Assembly (NCBI GenBank): GCA_963741945.1
Contig: CAVUKA010000001.1
Coordinates: 1,348,695 to 1,412,694, forward strand
Direction: 5' to 3'
Source of the DNA: an uncultured Gemmatimonadales bacterium
Lineage (GTDB): Bacteria > Gemmatimonadota > Gemmatimonadetes > Longimicrobiales > RSA9
Length of the DNA stretch: 64,000 nt
Shown here: in pieces, positions 29,395 to 40,199 of the stretch
Position numbering within the stretch: position 1 is the first letter of the stretch
Layout of the letters: each line of letters begins with the position of its first letter
The notes under the pieces: generated by a model
Seen by the model: only the letters and a program-made list of their open reading frames with translations
Databases searched by the model: none
What the model was told of the DNA's origin: nothing
Program-made: the position numbers and the translations under genes

Positions 29395-31893
29395 TCAAGT
29401 GGCACCCGCCCCCACGTACGGCCGCGGCCGCGCGCTGGTGGGCGACTCCCCTTCCCGCTCGTTCCGCGGCTGCGACGTAGCGCTCGGACCGCCGCCGTCC
29501 TCGAACGCCTCCCCCTTCGCCGCCCGGATGGCCCGCCACACCCGGGGCGGTGAGAACGGCAGGGAGTCGAGCCGCACGCCCACCGCGTCGTAGATGGCGT
29601 TGGCGATGGCCGGAATCGACGGGTGCAGCGGCCCCTCGCCCGCTTCCTTGGCGCCGTACGGCCCCTCGGGGTCCACGGACTCCACGATGAGCGCCTGGAT
29701 GTCCGGGGTGTCCATGGACGTGGGCATGCGGTAGTCGAGCAGCGACGGGCAGTTGTGGAGGCCGGCCTTCCCCTCGTCGCCCGACTTGAAGACCTGCTCC
29801 TCCATGAGCGCTTCGGCGTAGCCCATGTACACGCTCCCCTCGATCTGCCCCTCCACCAGCACGGGGTTGAGCGCGCGGCCGCAGTCGTGGGCGGCCCAGA
29901 TGCTCTTCACTTCGACGACGCCGGTCTCCTCGTCCACTTCCACTTCGGCGACGTGGGCGGTGAAGGAGTAGGCGGGCGACGCGCCGATGGTGCCGCCGCG
30001 GTAGTCGCCGTGGACGTCCTTGGGCGTGTCGTAGTGCCCCACGGCGCCCAGCGTGCCGTGCTTCGCCTCGGCCAGGTTGAACGCTTCGGAGGTCGGCATG
30101 CGGCGCGCGGTGTCCCGGACGTCGAACGCCCAGCCGCCGGCCAGGCCGACGTGGTCGGGGGCGACGTCCCACGCGCCCGCCACGGCGTCGCATACCCGCT
30201 CCCGGATCTGCTTCGCGGCGTGGACGGCGGCGTTGCCCACCATGAACGTCTCGCGCGACGAGTAGGCGCCCAGGTCCACGGGCACCTGGTCCGTGTCGCT
30301 GGCGACCACGCGCACGTAGTCCAGCGGCACGCCCAGCTCCTCGGCGGCGATGAGCGCGACCACGCTGTCGCTCCCCTGCCCGATCTCGCTGGCGCCCGTC
30401 CACACCGTGACCCGCCCGCTCCGCTCCACGGCCATCTGGATGGCGGACTGGGGCATGTCGTTCGGGTAGATCGGGTAGTTGGTGCCGCTGATGTAGCACG
30501 AGCCGGCGACGCCGAGCCCGCGCCCGCGCGGCAGCTTCCCCCACCGCTCCTTCCACCCGCTCGCGGCTTCCACCGCGTCCAGGCACTGGAGGAAGCCGTT
30601 GGACTGCACGCGCAGCTCGTTGATGGTGCGCCCCGTGCCCATGAAGTTCCTGCGCCGGAGCTCGATGGGGTCCAGCTCCAGCTTCCGCGCCAGGCGGTCG
30701 AGCTGGACTTCGAACGCGAAGCGCGGCTGCACGCTGCCGTGCCCCCGCTTCGGCCCGCACGGCGGCTTGTTCGTGTACGCACGCACGCTGTGGAAGCGGT
30801 ACGACCCGAACTCGTAGGGCGCCGGCAGCAGCTGGCCGGAGTAGTACGTGGTCACCAGCCCGAACGACGCGTACGCCCCGCCGTCCAGCACGATGTCGTG
30901 GTCCACGGCCTTGATATGGCCATCAACGTCCCCGCCCAGCCTGCACTTCATGCGCATCGGGTGGCGCCCGCGGTGGGAGTAGAAGACCTCCTCCCGCGTG
31001 TACAGGATCTTCACCGGCCGCCCCGTCCGCCTCGCCAGCTCGGCGACGCAGAACTCGAGGTCGAACGGCTCGCTCTTCCCGCCGAACGCGCCGCCCACCG
31101 CCGGCTGCACCACGCGCACCCTCGCCACGTCCAGGTCCAGCACCCGCGCCAGCTCCCGGTGCAGGTAGTGCGGCACCTGCGTGGACGACCACACCGTCAG
31201 CTTCCCCCCGGGGTCCGCGTACCCGATGGCGCAGTGCGGCTCGATGGGCGCGTGCGTGGTCCCCTCGAAGTAGTAGTCCCCTTCGACGACGACGTCGCTC
31301 CCCGCCAGCTCCCCGTCCACGTCCCCGAACGACAGCTTCACGATCTTCGTGATGTTGCCGTTGTGCCCCTCCTTCTTCGGCTCGTGGATGGGCGTCGAGT
31401 CCGCCGGCGGGTCCAGCGCGTCCCGGGGGTCGAAGAAGGCCGGGAGCGGCTCGTACAGCACGCGGATGGCGTCGCAAGCCTTGATCGCGGTGTCCTCATC
31501 GACCGCGGCGACCGCCGCCACCGCGTCCCCGATGAAGCGCACCCGGTCCACGGCGAGGGCCGTCTCGTCGCGCGTCCAGGGGATGATGCAGTACTCCGTG
31601 GGCAGGTCCTTCCCCGTGATCACCGCGTGCACGCCCTCCATCGCTTCCGCGTCCGTCGTGTCGATGGAGAGGATCCGCGCGTGCGCGTGGGGCGAGCGCA
31701 GGATCTTCCCGTGCAGCATCCCCGGCAGGGCGAGGTCGTCGGTGTACGCAGCCCGGCCCGTGGCCTTGGCGGCCGCATCGACGCGAGTCAGGCGCTGGCC
31801 GATGAGGTTGAACTGCCGCTCAACGGCGGCGTTCAGCTGCTCATCGGACCAGGCGGCGAGGGTCTGGCGGGGGCGGAGGTCTTCTGGGCGCAT
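29395..31893 (-). CDS. Xanthine-oxidase-family molybdopterin subunit (4-hydroxybenzoyl-CoA reductase alpha-like)
   Basis: RSPHAHARI, VGGAFGGK, PKRGHG, EIGQG, GAYSSR, VEGQIEG, AKEAGEG. Confidence 0.9.
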   Translation of the reverse strand: MRPEDLRPRQTLAAWSDEQLNAAVERQFNLIGQRLTRVDAAAKATGRAAYTDDLALPGMLHGKILRSPHAHARILSIDTTDAEAMEGVHAVITGKDLPTEYCIIPWTRDETALAVDRVRFIGDAVAAVAAVDEDTAIKACDAIRVLYEPLPAFFDPRDALDPPADSTPIHEPKKEGHNGNITKIVKLSFGDVDGELAGSDVVVEGDYYFEGTTHAPIEPHCAIGYADPGGKLTVWSSTQVPHYLHRELARVLDLDVARVRVVQPAVGGAFGGKSEPFDLEFCVAELARRTGRPVKILYTREEVFYSHRGRHPMRMKCRLGGDVDGHIKAVDHDIVLDGGAYASFGLVTTYYSGQLLPAPYEFGSYRFHSVRAYTNKPPCGPKRGHGSVQPRFAFEVQLDRLARKLELDPIELRRRNFMGTGRTINELRVQSNGFLQCLDAVEAASGWKERWGKLPRGRGLGVAGSCYISGTNYPIYPNDMPQSAIQMAVERSGRVTVWTGASEIGQGSDSVVALIAAEELGVPLDYVRVVASDTDQVPVDLGAYSSRETFMVGNAAVHAAKQIRERVCDAVAGAWDVAPDHVGLAGGWAFDVRDTARRMPTSEAFNLAEAKHGTLGAVGHYDTPKDVHGDYRGGTIGASPAYSFTAHVAEVEVDEETGVVEVKSIWAAHDCGRALNPVLVEGQIEGSVYMGYAEALMEEQVFKSGDEGKAGLHNCPSLLDYRMPTSMDTPDIQALIVESVDPEGPYGAKEAGEGPLHPSIPAIANAIYDAVGVRLDSLPFSPPRVWRAIRAAKGEAFEDGGGPSATSQPRNEREGESPTSARPRPYVGAGAT

Positions 31894-31995
31894 GGGGGCT
31901 TCGGGTGCGCGGGACGGGGCAGTCGTCTCTGGTCGAATGATGGGCGAAGCAGCCGGGTGGCGTCAAACCAGTCGATCCCCGGCGGCTCGCTGCCG

Positions 31996-32023
31996 TTGGC
32001 ACGCGTGTAAATGCATTTACCAT
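31996..32023 (+). promoter_or_regulatory. Putative promoter/operator of the AbrB-type gene
   Basis: TTGGCA-16 bp-TACCAT with the perfect palindrome GTAAATGCATTTAC (32007-32020). Confidence 0.5.
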
Positions 32024-32039
32024 CAATGGGCAGCGCGCA

Positions 32040-32170
32040 GTGGGGAAGCGCGGTACCTTCGTGATTCCTGCTACCTTGCGCCGTCGCTTCGGCCTCACCG
32101 AAGGATCCACTGTCATCGCGGAGGAGACCGAAGAAGGCATTCTCATAAGGCCTGCCCGGGCCGCCGAGGC
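32040..32170 (+). pseudogene. AbrB/MazE/SpoVT antitoxin-like N-terminal domain, truncated
   Basis: GKRGTFVIPATLRRRFGLTEG..VIAEETEEGILIRP; runs in frame into an IS91 fragment. Confidence 0.7.
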
Positions 32171-32189
32171 CGATCCCTGGGGCGAGGGC

Positions 32190-32325
32190 GTGGCGGGCTG
32201 GGTCGAGGCCGACTTCCGGGCCTACCTCCGCTGCGGGATCCTGGCCCACGGCTTCGCCCGCGTCCGCTGCGATGACTGCGCGACCGAGCGCCTCGTCGCC
32301 TTCTCGTGCAAGGGCCGCGGGGTAG
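32190..32325 (+). mobile_element. IS91/ISCR-family transposase zinc-binding domain fragment
   Basis: VEADFRAYLRCGILAHGFARVRCDDC...VAFSCKGRG. Confidence 0.75.
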
Positions 32326-33243
32326 GTAGTGCCGGTAGATCGGCTCGTCTTCCCTGCGACCGATCACCGTCGTGGCCGCGCCCTTGAACACCGCCTTCAG
32401 CGTGTGGTTGAAGTTCCGGTTGAGGCCCCGGCTCCGCTTCACCTCGGCCTTCACCCACTCGCCCGTCCGGGTTCGCACCCAGTCCGACGAGCTGCGGGTC
32501 ACGATCCCCAGGCCACAGTACGACCAGAACCCGCGCTTGCTCTGGAACCGGTATGGCGTCACCACGATGGGAAGCAGTTTGGCCGTGCGCACCGGGCCCA
32601 GGCCGGGGCAGCTCCTCACCAGCCGGAACTCCCAATTCCGCTTCGCCTCGGCCAGCATCGCCTTCTGCGCCTCGCTCTTCAGCGCCACCAGAGCGTCCAT
32701 CTCCTGGTACAGGAGCTCGGCCAGGGGCCGAGCCGGCCTCGGAAGCCGACCCAGGAACTCCACGCGCTTCGATGCCGTGTAGACCGACGGTCCAGCCACG
32801 TTCACGCCCCGCGAGCGGTACAGGCTCTTCAGCCGGTTCTTCACCCACACCCCATCGTCCCTCGCCCACCGGTAGCCTCTGGCCAGGTAGCCCAGAGCCC
32901 CGAATCGGCCCCGCTGCTTGTAGACTTTCCGCCGGATCGACCCGAGCCGGAGGTCGTCCGCCAGACCGAACGCATCCCGCCGGTCGTCCTTCGGCCCCCG
33001 ACTCTCGCTCACCGCCGCCACCACCACCTTCCGGGCGTGGGGCGAGAGCACCTCGTAGAGCCACTCCGACAGCGTGCCCTCCTCCAGGCAGATGTGACGC
33101 GGCTCGGGGACCTGCCGCACGGCTTCGATCAGGCACCGCGCGTTCGTCTCCACCACATGGGATCCGACTCGCTTCCCGCTCGGCGTCACCACTCCGAGCG
33201 TGCAGCTTGACGCATGCGCATCCAGCCCGATATACCTGTCCAT
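32326..33243 (-). mobile_element. IS110-family transposase, C-terminally truncated
   Basis: DEDD RuvC-like YIGLD / LEEG / KDDRRDA, CPGLGPV, YCGL..VTRSS; collides with the IS91 fragment. Confidence 0.85.
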
Positions 33244-33802
33244 GGACGTTCTCCTGTCGCGGTGGGATTACTCCGGCTCTCACAAACCCCAGAGTGTCCC
33301 GCCCCTCAGGAGAACGCCACATGCTTCCTGGGGCCAGCCTCAGCATCGGACCACCTTCGCCCACGGACGCGCTGCCCCTATGATGCCTATCCCTCGGCCC
33401 CCGCTTCCGTCGTCGGTTATACGGTCGCCGAGCTGAGCGATATCTTCGACTGGTCGACCAGCAAAACGAAAGCCCTGCTGGCTGCGGGCGTTTTCGGGGA
33501 CCCAGCTACGCTGAAGTCCGAGCCGCCGACCTGGAACGTGCCGCCGGAGCGAGTGGAGATCCTCCTGCAGAAGCTGGCTCAAGGTTACCGGATCACGCCC
33601 GACGGCCTCCAGCCGCCCCCAGGCGCGGACGCTCATTCCGGCACCGACCGTGAACGAGTCGTGAAGTCGACCCCGAGGGATTCCGCTGACGAGCCGCCGA
33701 GGGGGCAGAGCGCGGCCGACCAAGCAGCGCGCACGCCGACGTCGATCGCCCATCGGGATACGAACCCCCATTCTCTTCTACCAGCCGCCCGTACCGGTCC
33801 TG

Positions 33803-34099
33803 GTGACGAGTTGTGGGCTGTCGAATCCTGTGTATCCGAAGGAGTTGCGCGACAACCGCTGGCACCATTTCGTGTACGAGCTCCATCGCGATCGCAGCTG
33901 CGAGTTCATCGTCGACGGCCACCTCCTTGAGCGTGGCATAGCCAACCGCGATCCCAATACACGGTATCGGCTGGTGCTTGGCGGCCGGACATGGAAAACG
34001 GAGATCCTACTAAGCCCGGTCAGGTTGTTCCGCGGGATTCGCTGGAGCACCCTGCCAGACGGTCGAGCCGTGCAACTTGGCTCAGAGCGCCAGAACTAG
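33803..34099 (+). pseudogene. Concanavalin/LamG-like C-terminal fragment
   Basis: DNRWHHFVY...FIVDG...LVLGGR; lower-GC context. Confidence 0.4.
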
Positions 34100-34379
34100 C
34101 CCCTTCGCTCCTCGGACGCCCCCTCAGACATACGTCCCCCAGAGGTGATCTTCAGTGTTTCGGCCTCGTCCGGAATGGACCGCCGCTAGGTTTGCTCAAA
34201 GCTCGGCGTCAGCCTAGAGGTGCTCAGGTGCGCGGGCCGCGTCTGGCCGTCGGTAGTACGTGCTTCGTGACAGGTTCATGATGTCGCATCCTCGCTGGAT
34301 GGAGAGGCCGTTGCCCGGACATGATCGACAGCTTGGCGCTTTGAGTTGACTCCTGATGAGTCAGCGCTTATGTGCGCAT

Positions 34380-34631
34380 TCAGCTCCATCGTTGGCTGCC
34401 CGACCTTCCGCTCCAGCGCTGCGATCTTGACCTCATAGTCGCGGACTTGCTCGTGCAGCTGCATCTCTGAAAGGCCCCCCTCCCCGATACTCGTCTATCC
34501 GAATCAGAAGGAGTGAATGTCCGATCCCGTGCTTCGTGGCGATCCCCTTCACGCCCTTCGCCAGCCAGATAGGACTGGACAAGCTGGAGCTTGAATTCTG
34601 TCTTGTAACGACGATGCGGCCGGCTTCTCAT
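34380..34631 (-). mobile_element. Degenerate IS3-family orfA remnant
   Basis: RRYKTEFKLQLVQSYLAGE and, in another frame, KIAALERKVGQ.TMEL. Confidence 0.6.
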
Positions 34632-34969
34632 TTCCCCTCCATCGGTGGTCGGCGACGAAGGTCAGTTCTCCAACTCACTATTGTCCAGCTTCAGGCTTCA
34701 CTCCAGCAGGGGACATTTTCATCGGCATCCACAGCCAGCCTATAGCAGCGCACCGGCGACCGCTGTCGTGGCGGCGCCGCTTGCGTGCGCGCGCTCACCC
34801 AGCCCAACAGCGGGCGTCAGCAGCCGACTTCGCCCGTGCGTGGAAGGTTGTTGAAGTTCAGGTCGCTGTGCGAACTATCGTTCGCCTAGCGCAGCCGAAT
34901 CCTAATAGCCACCTCTAAATTGTTGGTTAGTGGCCGGTTGACGCCTGTTTGACGGCATGGACATAGCTT

Positions 34970-35590
34970 GTGTTGGGTGCCGCATCACTGAGTCCGACTG
35001 TTTGGCCGACCCTGAATTGCAGAGACGCAATTATGAGGCAGATACGCCGAAGCTCCTCTGTTGGCCGTCGCGCCCCCCAAATCCACGGCTGCTCAGTGCT
35101 CCGCATTCTGGGCAGGATCAATTCAGTGATACCCGGCGTTTACTTTGTTGGGCCTGCGAGGCCACTGTTTCCCAGCGCGAGACATGCGTTCGCAGTCGCA
35201 GCGGTGTTGCTACTGAGTTCATTTGGCGCGGCACGGGCACAAACCTACTATGCAGAATATGGAAGCAATAGCAACTACAATGTCCCTCTGACAGATCCGT
35301 CGACTGCAAAATTTGAGGTTAACCATATCGCTAGCCACAGATATACTGAGTGGTATGTAAATGATGCATACAAAGAAACCGACGATTCTGGGACTTTGGC
35401 GACGGATCCTAGCTATTCAGTGCCATTTTCATACGGCCCGACAACCGTGGTCAAGGCCATCGTCTATACGACCGACTGGTCCGTCGAAGAATCGCATATC
35501 TGGAATGTGACAGTCAAACCACCGCCGCCGAGTTCTACCGCACAACATTCGCCGGTGACATCTGCTTCGCCCGATAGACGCGGGCTGTGA
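34970..35590 (+). CDS. Low-GC secreted protein, probably an N-terminal fragment
   Basis: Signal-like AVAAVLLLSSFGAARA-Q then a beta-rich Tyr/Ser/Thr domain; start uncertain. Confidence 0.45.
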   Translation: MLGAASLSPTVWPTLNCRDAIMRQIRRSSSVGRRAPQIHGCSVLRILGRINSVIPGVYFVGPARPLFPSARHAFAVAAVLLLSSFGAARAQTYYAEYGSNSNYNVPLTDPSTAKFEVNHIASHRYTEWYVNDAYKETDDSGTLATDPSYSVPFSYGPTTVVKAIVYTTDWSVEESHIWNVTVKPPPPSSTAQHSPVTSASPDRRGL

Positions 35591-35734
35591 CGGCTGGGCC
35601 CGCGGGTGGGGGTGGCTTCGCCGCCGGTCCGGCACCCGCGGCCAGCTGCGGCAGGGCGCCCCGCGGCGCAGCCACCGGATGCGCAGCCCGCGCGTTCTGG
35701 CCTCCAGGGCGCGGCCGGGGCATATTGGACGTCT

Positions 35735-38401
35735 ATGCCCGACCTGTCTTCCCGCCTCGCCGCAGCCCTGGCCGAGCGCTACCGCATGGAGCGCAAGATC
35801 GGCGAAGGGGGTATGGCCACTGTCTTCCTGGCGGAAGACCTGAAGCACCATCGGAAGGTTGCGCTCAAAGTCCTGCGGCCAGAGCTGGCGGCGGTCGTGG
35901 GAGCGGAGCGCTTCCTGGCTGAGATCCGCACCACCGCGAAGCTGCAGCACCCGCACATCCTCCCGCTCTACGACTCCGGCGAGGCCGACTCCTTCCTCTT
36001 CTTCGCGATGCCCTACGTGGACGGGGAGGCGCTGCGCGACCGCCTTGAAAAGGAGAAGCAACTGCCGATCGCCGATGCGCTGCGCATCGCGAAGGGTGTG
36101 GCCTCGGCGCTGGACTACGCTCACCGGCGCGGCGTGGTCCACCGGGACATCAAGCCAGAGAACATCCTTCTCCACGAAGGTCAGCCGCTGGTGGCGGATT
36201 TCGGCATCGCCGTCGCTCTGAGCACTGCTGGCGGCTCGCGCGTGACCGAGACGGGACTGAGCCTGGGGACGCCGACGTACATGAGCCCCGAGCAGGCCAT
36301 GGGTGAGGGCCGGATCGACCCTCGGTCCGACATCTACTCGCTGGGCTGCGTTGTCTACGAGATGCTGACCGGCGACCCGCCCTTCACGGGCTCCACCGCG
36401 CAGGCCGTTGCCGCCCGCGTCCTCACGGAGGCGCCCCGACCCCTCTCCACCCAGCGGCACACCATCCCCGCGCAGGTGGAGGCCGCAGTGCTGGTGGCGC
36501 TCGAGAAGCTGCCGGCGGACCGCTTTCCCACCGCGCAGGCCTTCGCCGAGGCACTCGACGGTCGGGGGACGCCGATGCCCCACGCCATGCGCGGCGCCTC
36601 CCGCGTCTGGCGGGGAACGGCGTGGGAGACCACGTTCCGGGACCCGGTGGTGTGGCTGCTGGCCCTCATCGCCATCCTGGCGGTGGCGGTCGCGTACCGT
36701 GGGTGGATCAACGCCCCGGGCGCGCCGTCGGATGCCACTGTGCGCTTCACCGTCGCCCTTCCTCCCGGCTTCCAGCCGGCACTGTACGAGCCCCACGGGC
36801 CGGCTGTCGCCATCTCGCCCGACGGATCGATGGTGGCGTTCCCCGTGGTCGATCCCCGCGGACGGCGGCGGATCTTCGTTCGTCGCCTCGACGAGGCGAC
36901 GGCGAGGCCTCTTCCGGGGACCGACGCGGGGACCATGCCGGCCTTTTCGGCGGACGGGGCCTTTCTCCTGTTCCAGGCGGCGGGACGGCTCCAGAAGGTG
37001 GCGCTCGACGGGGGCACCCCTGAGATCCTCGGCGAATACGGATTCGTCCAGTCGGCCACCTGGTCCCCCGGGGGAGATATCATCTACGCCGCCGCGGAGC
37101 TCCAACCACTCATGCGCTTGCCGTCGTCGGGAGGGGAGCCCCGTCCGGCGGCCGCCCTGGACAGCGTGCGGGGAGAGACTGCGCAGTATTTCCCCGTCGC
37201 CCTTCCCGACGGCAGGCACGTGCTCTACCAGAGTCGGGGGCGGGGGGCGAGCGAGGATGCGCGCATCGGCCTGCTCGACCTGGTCACCGGGCAGGCCCGG
37301 CGCCTGAACGTGCCGGGCACCTTTCCGTTGGGCATGCTGGCGGCCCGCCTGATCTACACGGATCAGGCGGGCACCGTGTTCGCCGTGCCGCTCGACCTCG
37401 CATCGGGTAACGTGAAGGGTGAACCCGTTCAGGTGGCCAGCGGCGTAGCGACGCTGGACCGGGGTTCGGCGGTGGCGGCGCTCTCGGCCACGGGGACGCT
37501 GGCCTACATGGCCGGGAACCAGGGGGCGACGGTCGTCCTGGCGAACGCCGAGCGATCGGAGCCGCTCTTCTCGGAGGTCCGCCCGTACTCGTTCCCCCGG
37601 TTTTCCCCGGACGGGAGACGGGTGGCGCTCACCATCACTTCGGGCACCTCGTCGGACATCTGGCTGGGCGATGTTGGCTCCGGCACGCTGAAACGTCTCA
37701 CCAGCGGGGGCACCGTGAACGAGCGACCCGAGTGGTCGCCCGATGGCACCCGCGTCCTCTTCCGCAGGGTGGTCGGCGCGCGTTCCGCTCTGTGGTGGCA
37801 GCGCGCGGACGGGACGGGCGCGGCGTCGCCAGTCATTGCCGACGCACGGGCGGACTACTTCGAGGGCGTCATCACTCCCGACGGTCGTGAGCTCGTTTAC
37901 CAGGTGGATACGACCGGGGGCGACGTCATGGTTCGCGGGCTGGACGACGACCTCGCGCCACGTCCGATCGCGAACGGCCGAGCCAACGAGGACCAGGCGC
38001 GGGTCTCGCCGGACGGGCGGTGGGTGGTCTACGTCACGGAGGAGAGCGGTGGGCCCCAGGTCGTGGTGCAGCCCCTCTCGGGTCCTGAGGCCAGAGTGCA
38101 GGTCTCCACCCGCGGCGGCACTGAGCCCGTATGGGCACGCGACGGGCGCCGTCTCTTCTACCGGACCGAGGGCGAGTTCCGCGTGGCCGAAGTATCCGCC
38201 ACGCCGACGTTCCACGTCGTGTCACGGGCCGACTTCATGGACGACACGTTCCTCCCGTTCCCGAACCCCCACGCCAACTACGACGTTGCGCCGGACGGAA
38301 CCGAGCTCCTGGTGCTGAAAGGTGAGCAGCAGGCGCTGCTCGTGGTGCACGACTGGAAGGCGAAGGTCGAGGCCAGACTGCGGCAGGGGGAAAAGCGGTG
38401 A
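35735..38401 (+). CDS. Ser/Thr protein kinase with TM segment and TolB-like (PD40) beta-propeller
   Basis: GEGGMATV, VALK, HRDIKPEN, DFG, GTPTYMSPEQ; repeated SPDG motifs. Confidence 0.95.
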   Translation: MPDLSSRLAAALAERYRMERKIGEGGMATVFLAEDLKHHRKVALKVLRPELAAVVGAERFLAEIRTTAKLQHPHILPLYDSGEADSFLFFAMPYVDGEALRDRLEKEKQLPIADALRIAKGVASALDYAHRRGVVHRDIKPENILLHEGQPLVADFGIAVALSTAGGSRVTETGLSLGTPTYMSPEQAMGEGRIDPRSDIYSLGCVVYEMLTGDPPFTGSTAQAVAARVLTEAPRPLSTQRHTIPAQVEAAVLVALEKLPADRFPTAQAFAEALDGRGTPMPHAMRGASRVWRGTAWETTFRDPVVWLLALIAILAVAVAYRGWINAPGAPSDATVRFTVALPPGFQPALYEPHGPAVAISPDGSMVAFPVVDPRGRRRIFVRRLDEATARPLPGTDAGTMPAFSADGAFLLFQAAGRLQKVALDGGTPEILGEYGFVQSATWSPGGDIIYAAAELQPLMRLPSSGGEPRPAAALDSVRGETAQYFPVALPDGRHVLYQSRGRGASEDARIGLLDLVTGQARRLNVPGTFPLGMLAARLIYTDQAGTVFAVPLDLASGNVKGEPVQVASGVATLDRGSAVAALSATGTLAYMAGNQGATVVLANAERSEPLFSEVRPYSFPRFSPDGRRVALTITSGTSSDIWLGDVGSGTLKRLTSGGTVNERPEWSPDGTRVLFRRVVGARSALWWQRADGTGAASPVIADARADYFEGVITPDGRELVYQVDTTGGDVMVRGLDDDLAPRPIANGRANEDQARVSPDGRWVVYVTEESGGPQVVVQPLSGPEARVQVSTRGGTEPVWARDGRRLFYRTEGEFRVAEVSATPTFHVVSRADFMDDTFLPFPNPHANYDVAPDGTELLVLKGEQQALLVVHDWKAKVEARLRQGEKR

Positions 38402-38801
38402 GCCAGCCGGCGCACGGCTGAGCAGTCCGCACCACGGTCGTCGCAAGCTTGCGCCGCTGGGTCATCGTGACTCGGGTTCGCGGCGGGGGCCACGGCCCGC
38501 CGATCTACGGCTGCGATCAACCCCTCCCGCCCGGACGCCGGGAACCGTCTGAGCCGGGGTCTTCGGGGGGCGGTACCCGGGAAGCGTCCCCTCTCGAGCC
38601 TGCCTCGTCCGCCGACGGCACCGGGCGTCGGCACCAGCCGAGCAGGACGAACGTGGCCGGCGCGACCAGCAGGGCCCACCATCCGGCCAGCGCGGCCAGT
38701 ACCAGGCTCAGGGCGTACGAGCCCGTCAGCTGGTCACCGGCGGCCAGATCGAGCGCACCAGGACGACTGCCACGCCGGCCGCGCAGCCCCTGTGGCCGTG
38801 G

Positions 38802-39545
38802 TCAGACGACGAGCAGCACCGCGGCGTAGAGGGCGAGCCCCGCGGCGAAAGCGGAGAAGCGGCTCTGACGCTCGCGGGGCACCTCCTCCTTCAGGACGTT
38901 GAGGATCACGCCGCCGGCTAGGAATGCGACGAGGGTGGCGATTGCGGCTTCGTGGATCTCGGTGGCGAAGCCGAGGCCCCAGCCGGCTAGGATGGCGCCG
39001 GCGACCACCCACCGGCCGATGGTGTCGTAGCGCTGCCTGTGGTGGTGGCGGAGCGCGGCGTCGTTGACCAGGAAGTGGAGCGCCATGGCCACGGCGTAGA
39101 GCAGGAGCGCCGTATCCGTGGCGCTTTCCCTGTGCAGCAGCAGGTATCCGACGAGGGCGTTGTAGAGCGCGAACGACCCGATGTGGATGGCGAACACGGC
39201 GGGGCCGGTGCGGTCCTGGCCGCTGGCGGACTGGTGGTGGTGGCGGGAGCGGAGGGCGAGGGCGTCGAGGCCGTAGAACGTCGCGAGGCCGAGCAGGGCG
39301 ATCAGGTAGACGTGGCGCTCGGCCAGGAGGGCCAGCTCCGGGGCTGCCCGGGACAGCGATGCCTGGGCGTCGTTCAGCTCCGGCAGGAGGTGGACGAAGA
39401 CGTAGGCCACGGACACGCCGCCCGCGAAGGAGAGGGAGCGGCTGCGGGGCACGTAGGAGAGGAACCGGAGCCGGCCCGCGCCCACGTGGATGAGGGCAAG
39501 GGCGACAGCGGCGAGAAGCGCGAGGAGCGGCGGCGGAGCTGACAT
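38802..39545 (-). CDS. ZIP-like multi-pass membrane protein
   Basis: SFAGGVSVAYVFVHLLPEL, His-rich loops, FLAGGVILNVLKEEVP. Confidence 0.7.
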   Translation of the reverse strand: MSAPPPLLALLAAVALALIHVGAGRLRFLSYVPRSRSLSFAGGVSVAYVFVHLLPELNDAQASLSRAAPELALLAERHVYLIALLGLATFYGLDALALRSRHHHQSASGQDRTGPAVFAIHIGSFALYNALVGYLLLHRESATDTALLLYAVAMALHFLVNDAALRHHHRQRYDTIGRWVVAGAILAGWGLGFATEIHEAAIATLVAFLAGGVILNVLKEEVPRERQSRFSAFAAGLALYAAVLLVV

Positions 39546-39607
39546 CGGCCGCGGGACGGGGCGAGATCCGTGCCGGGGCGCGAGACCGGGCGGGTTAGGC
39601 TCCGGAA

Positions 39608-40080
39608 TGCACACTGACGCGGTGGAGACGAGCTTCGCCCGCTGCGGCGCGTGCCACGTTGGCTGGGACACGTTGGGACGCGGTCGTGCGGGACCCGGGC
39701 GTGCGGCTCCTGGGCTTCCAGGGGTACGCGCGGCTGCCGGAGAGCAACCTGCTGGTGTTCGAGCACCGGTGCGGCAGCACGGTTTCGGTGCGGACATCCC
39801 GGCTGCGCCACCTGCTGCCGGCGGAAGGGGAGGCGGAAGGGGAGGCGGAGGGAAAGGCGGAGGGAAAGGCGGAGGGAGAGGCGGAGGTCGGCGCCGGAGG
39901 AGGGGCGGGAGACGCGGAGGGCATGGCGGAGGCGCCGTCGCTCCGGGGGACGGCGGAGTGTCCGGGGCACTGCCGGTCGCTGGCGGACATGGGGGCGTGC
40001 GTGAAGCGGTGCGCGCACGCGCGGGAGCGGGCGCTGATCCGGATCGTGCGTGAGATCCGGGGGGAGGCGCAGCGGGTCAG
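39608..40080 (+). pseudogene. Cys-rich hypothetical protein with a frameshift near 39672
   Basis: MHTDAVETSFARCGACHVGWDT in one frame continues as WDAVVRDPG..EHRCG..CPGHC..C..RC in another. Confidence 0.5.
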
Positions 40081-40199
40081 CCGACGAGGCCGCGGGCGGC
40101 GTCGCCGGCGACACGGCGTCGCCTGCGGCAACGGACCCGGCGAGGGCGGTTCCGAGCATCTCGCTGGCGGAGCTGCTGCGCCGTGTGGACGAGCGTGGG

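Noticed and set aside
34802-34952. Additional attC site
   Set aside because: GCCCAAC...TGACGCCTGTT pairs only partly, the R' and L boxes are poor, and no complementary cassette end was found. A covariance search would decide.
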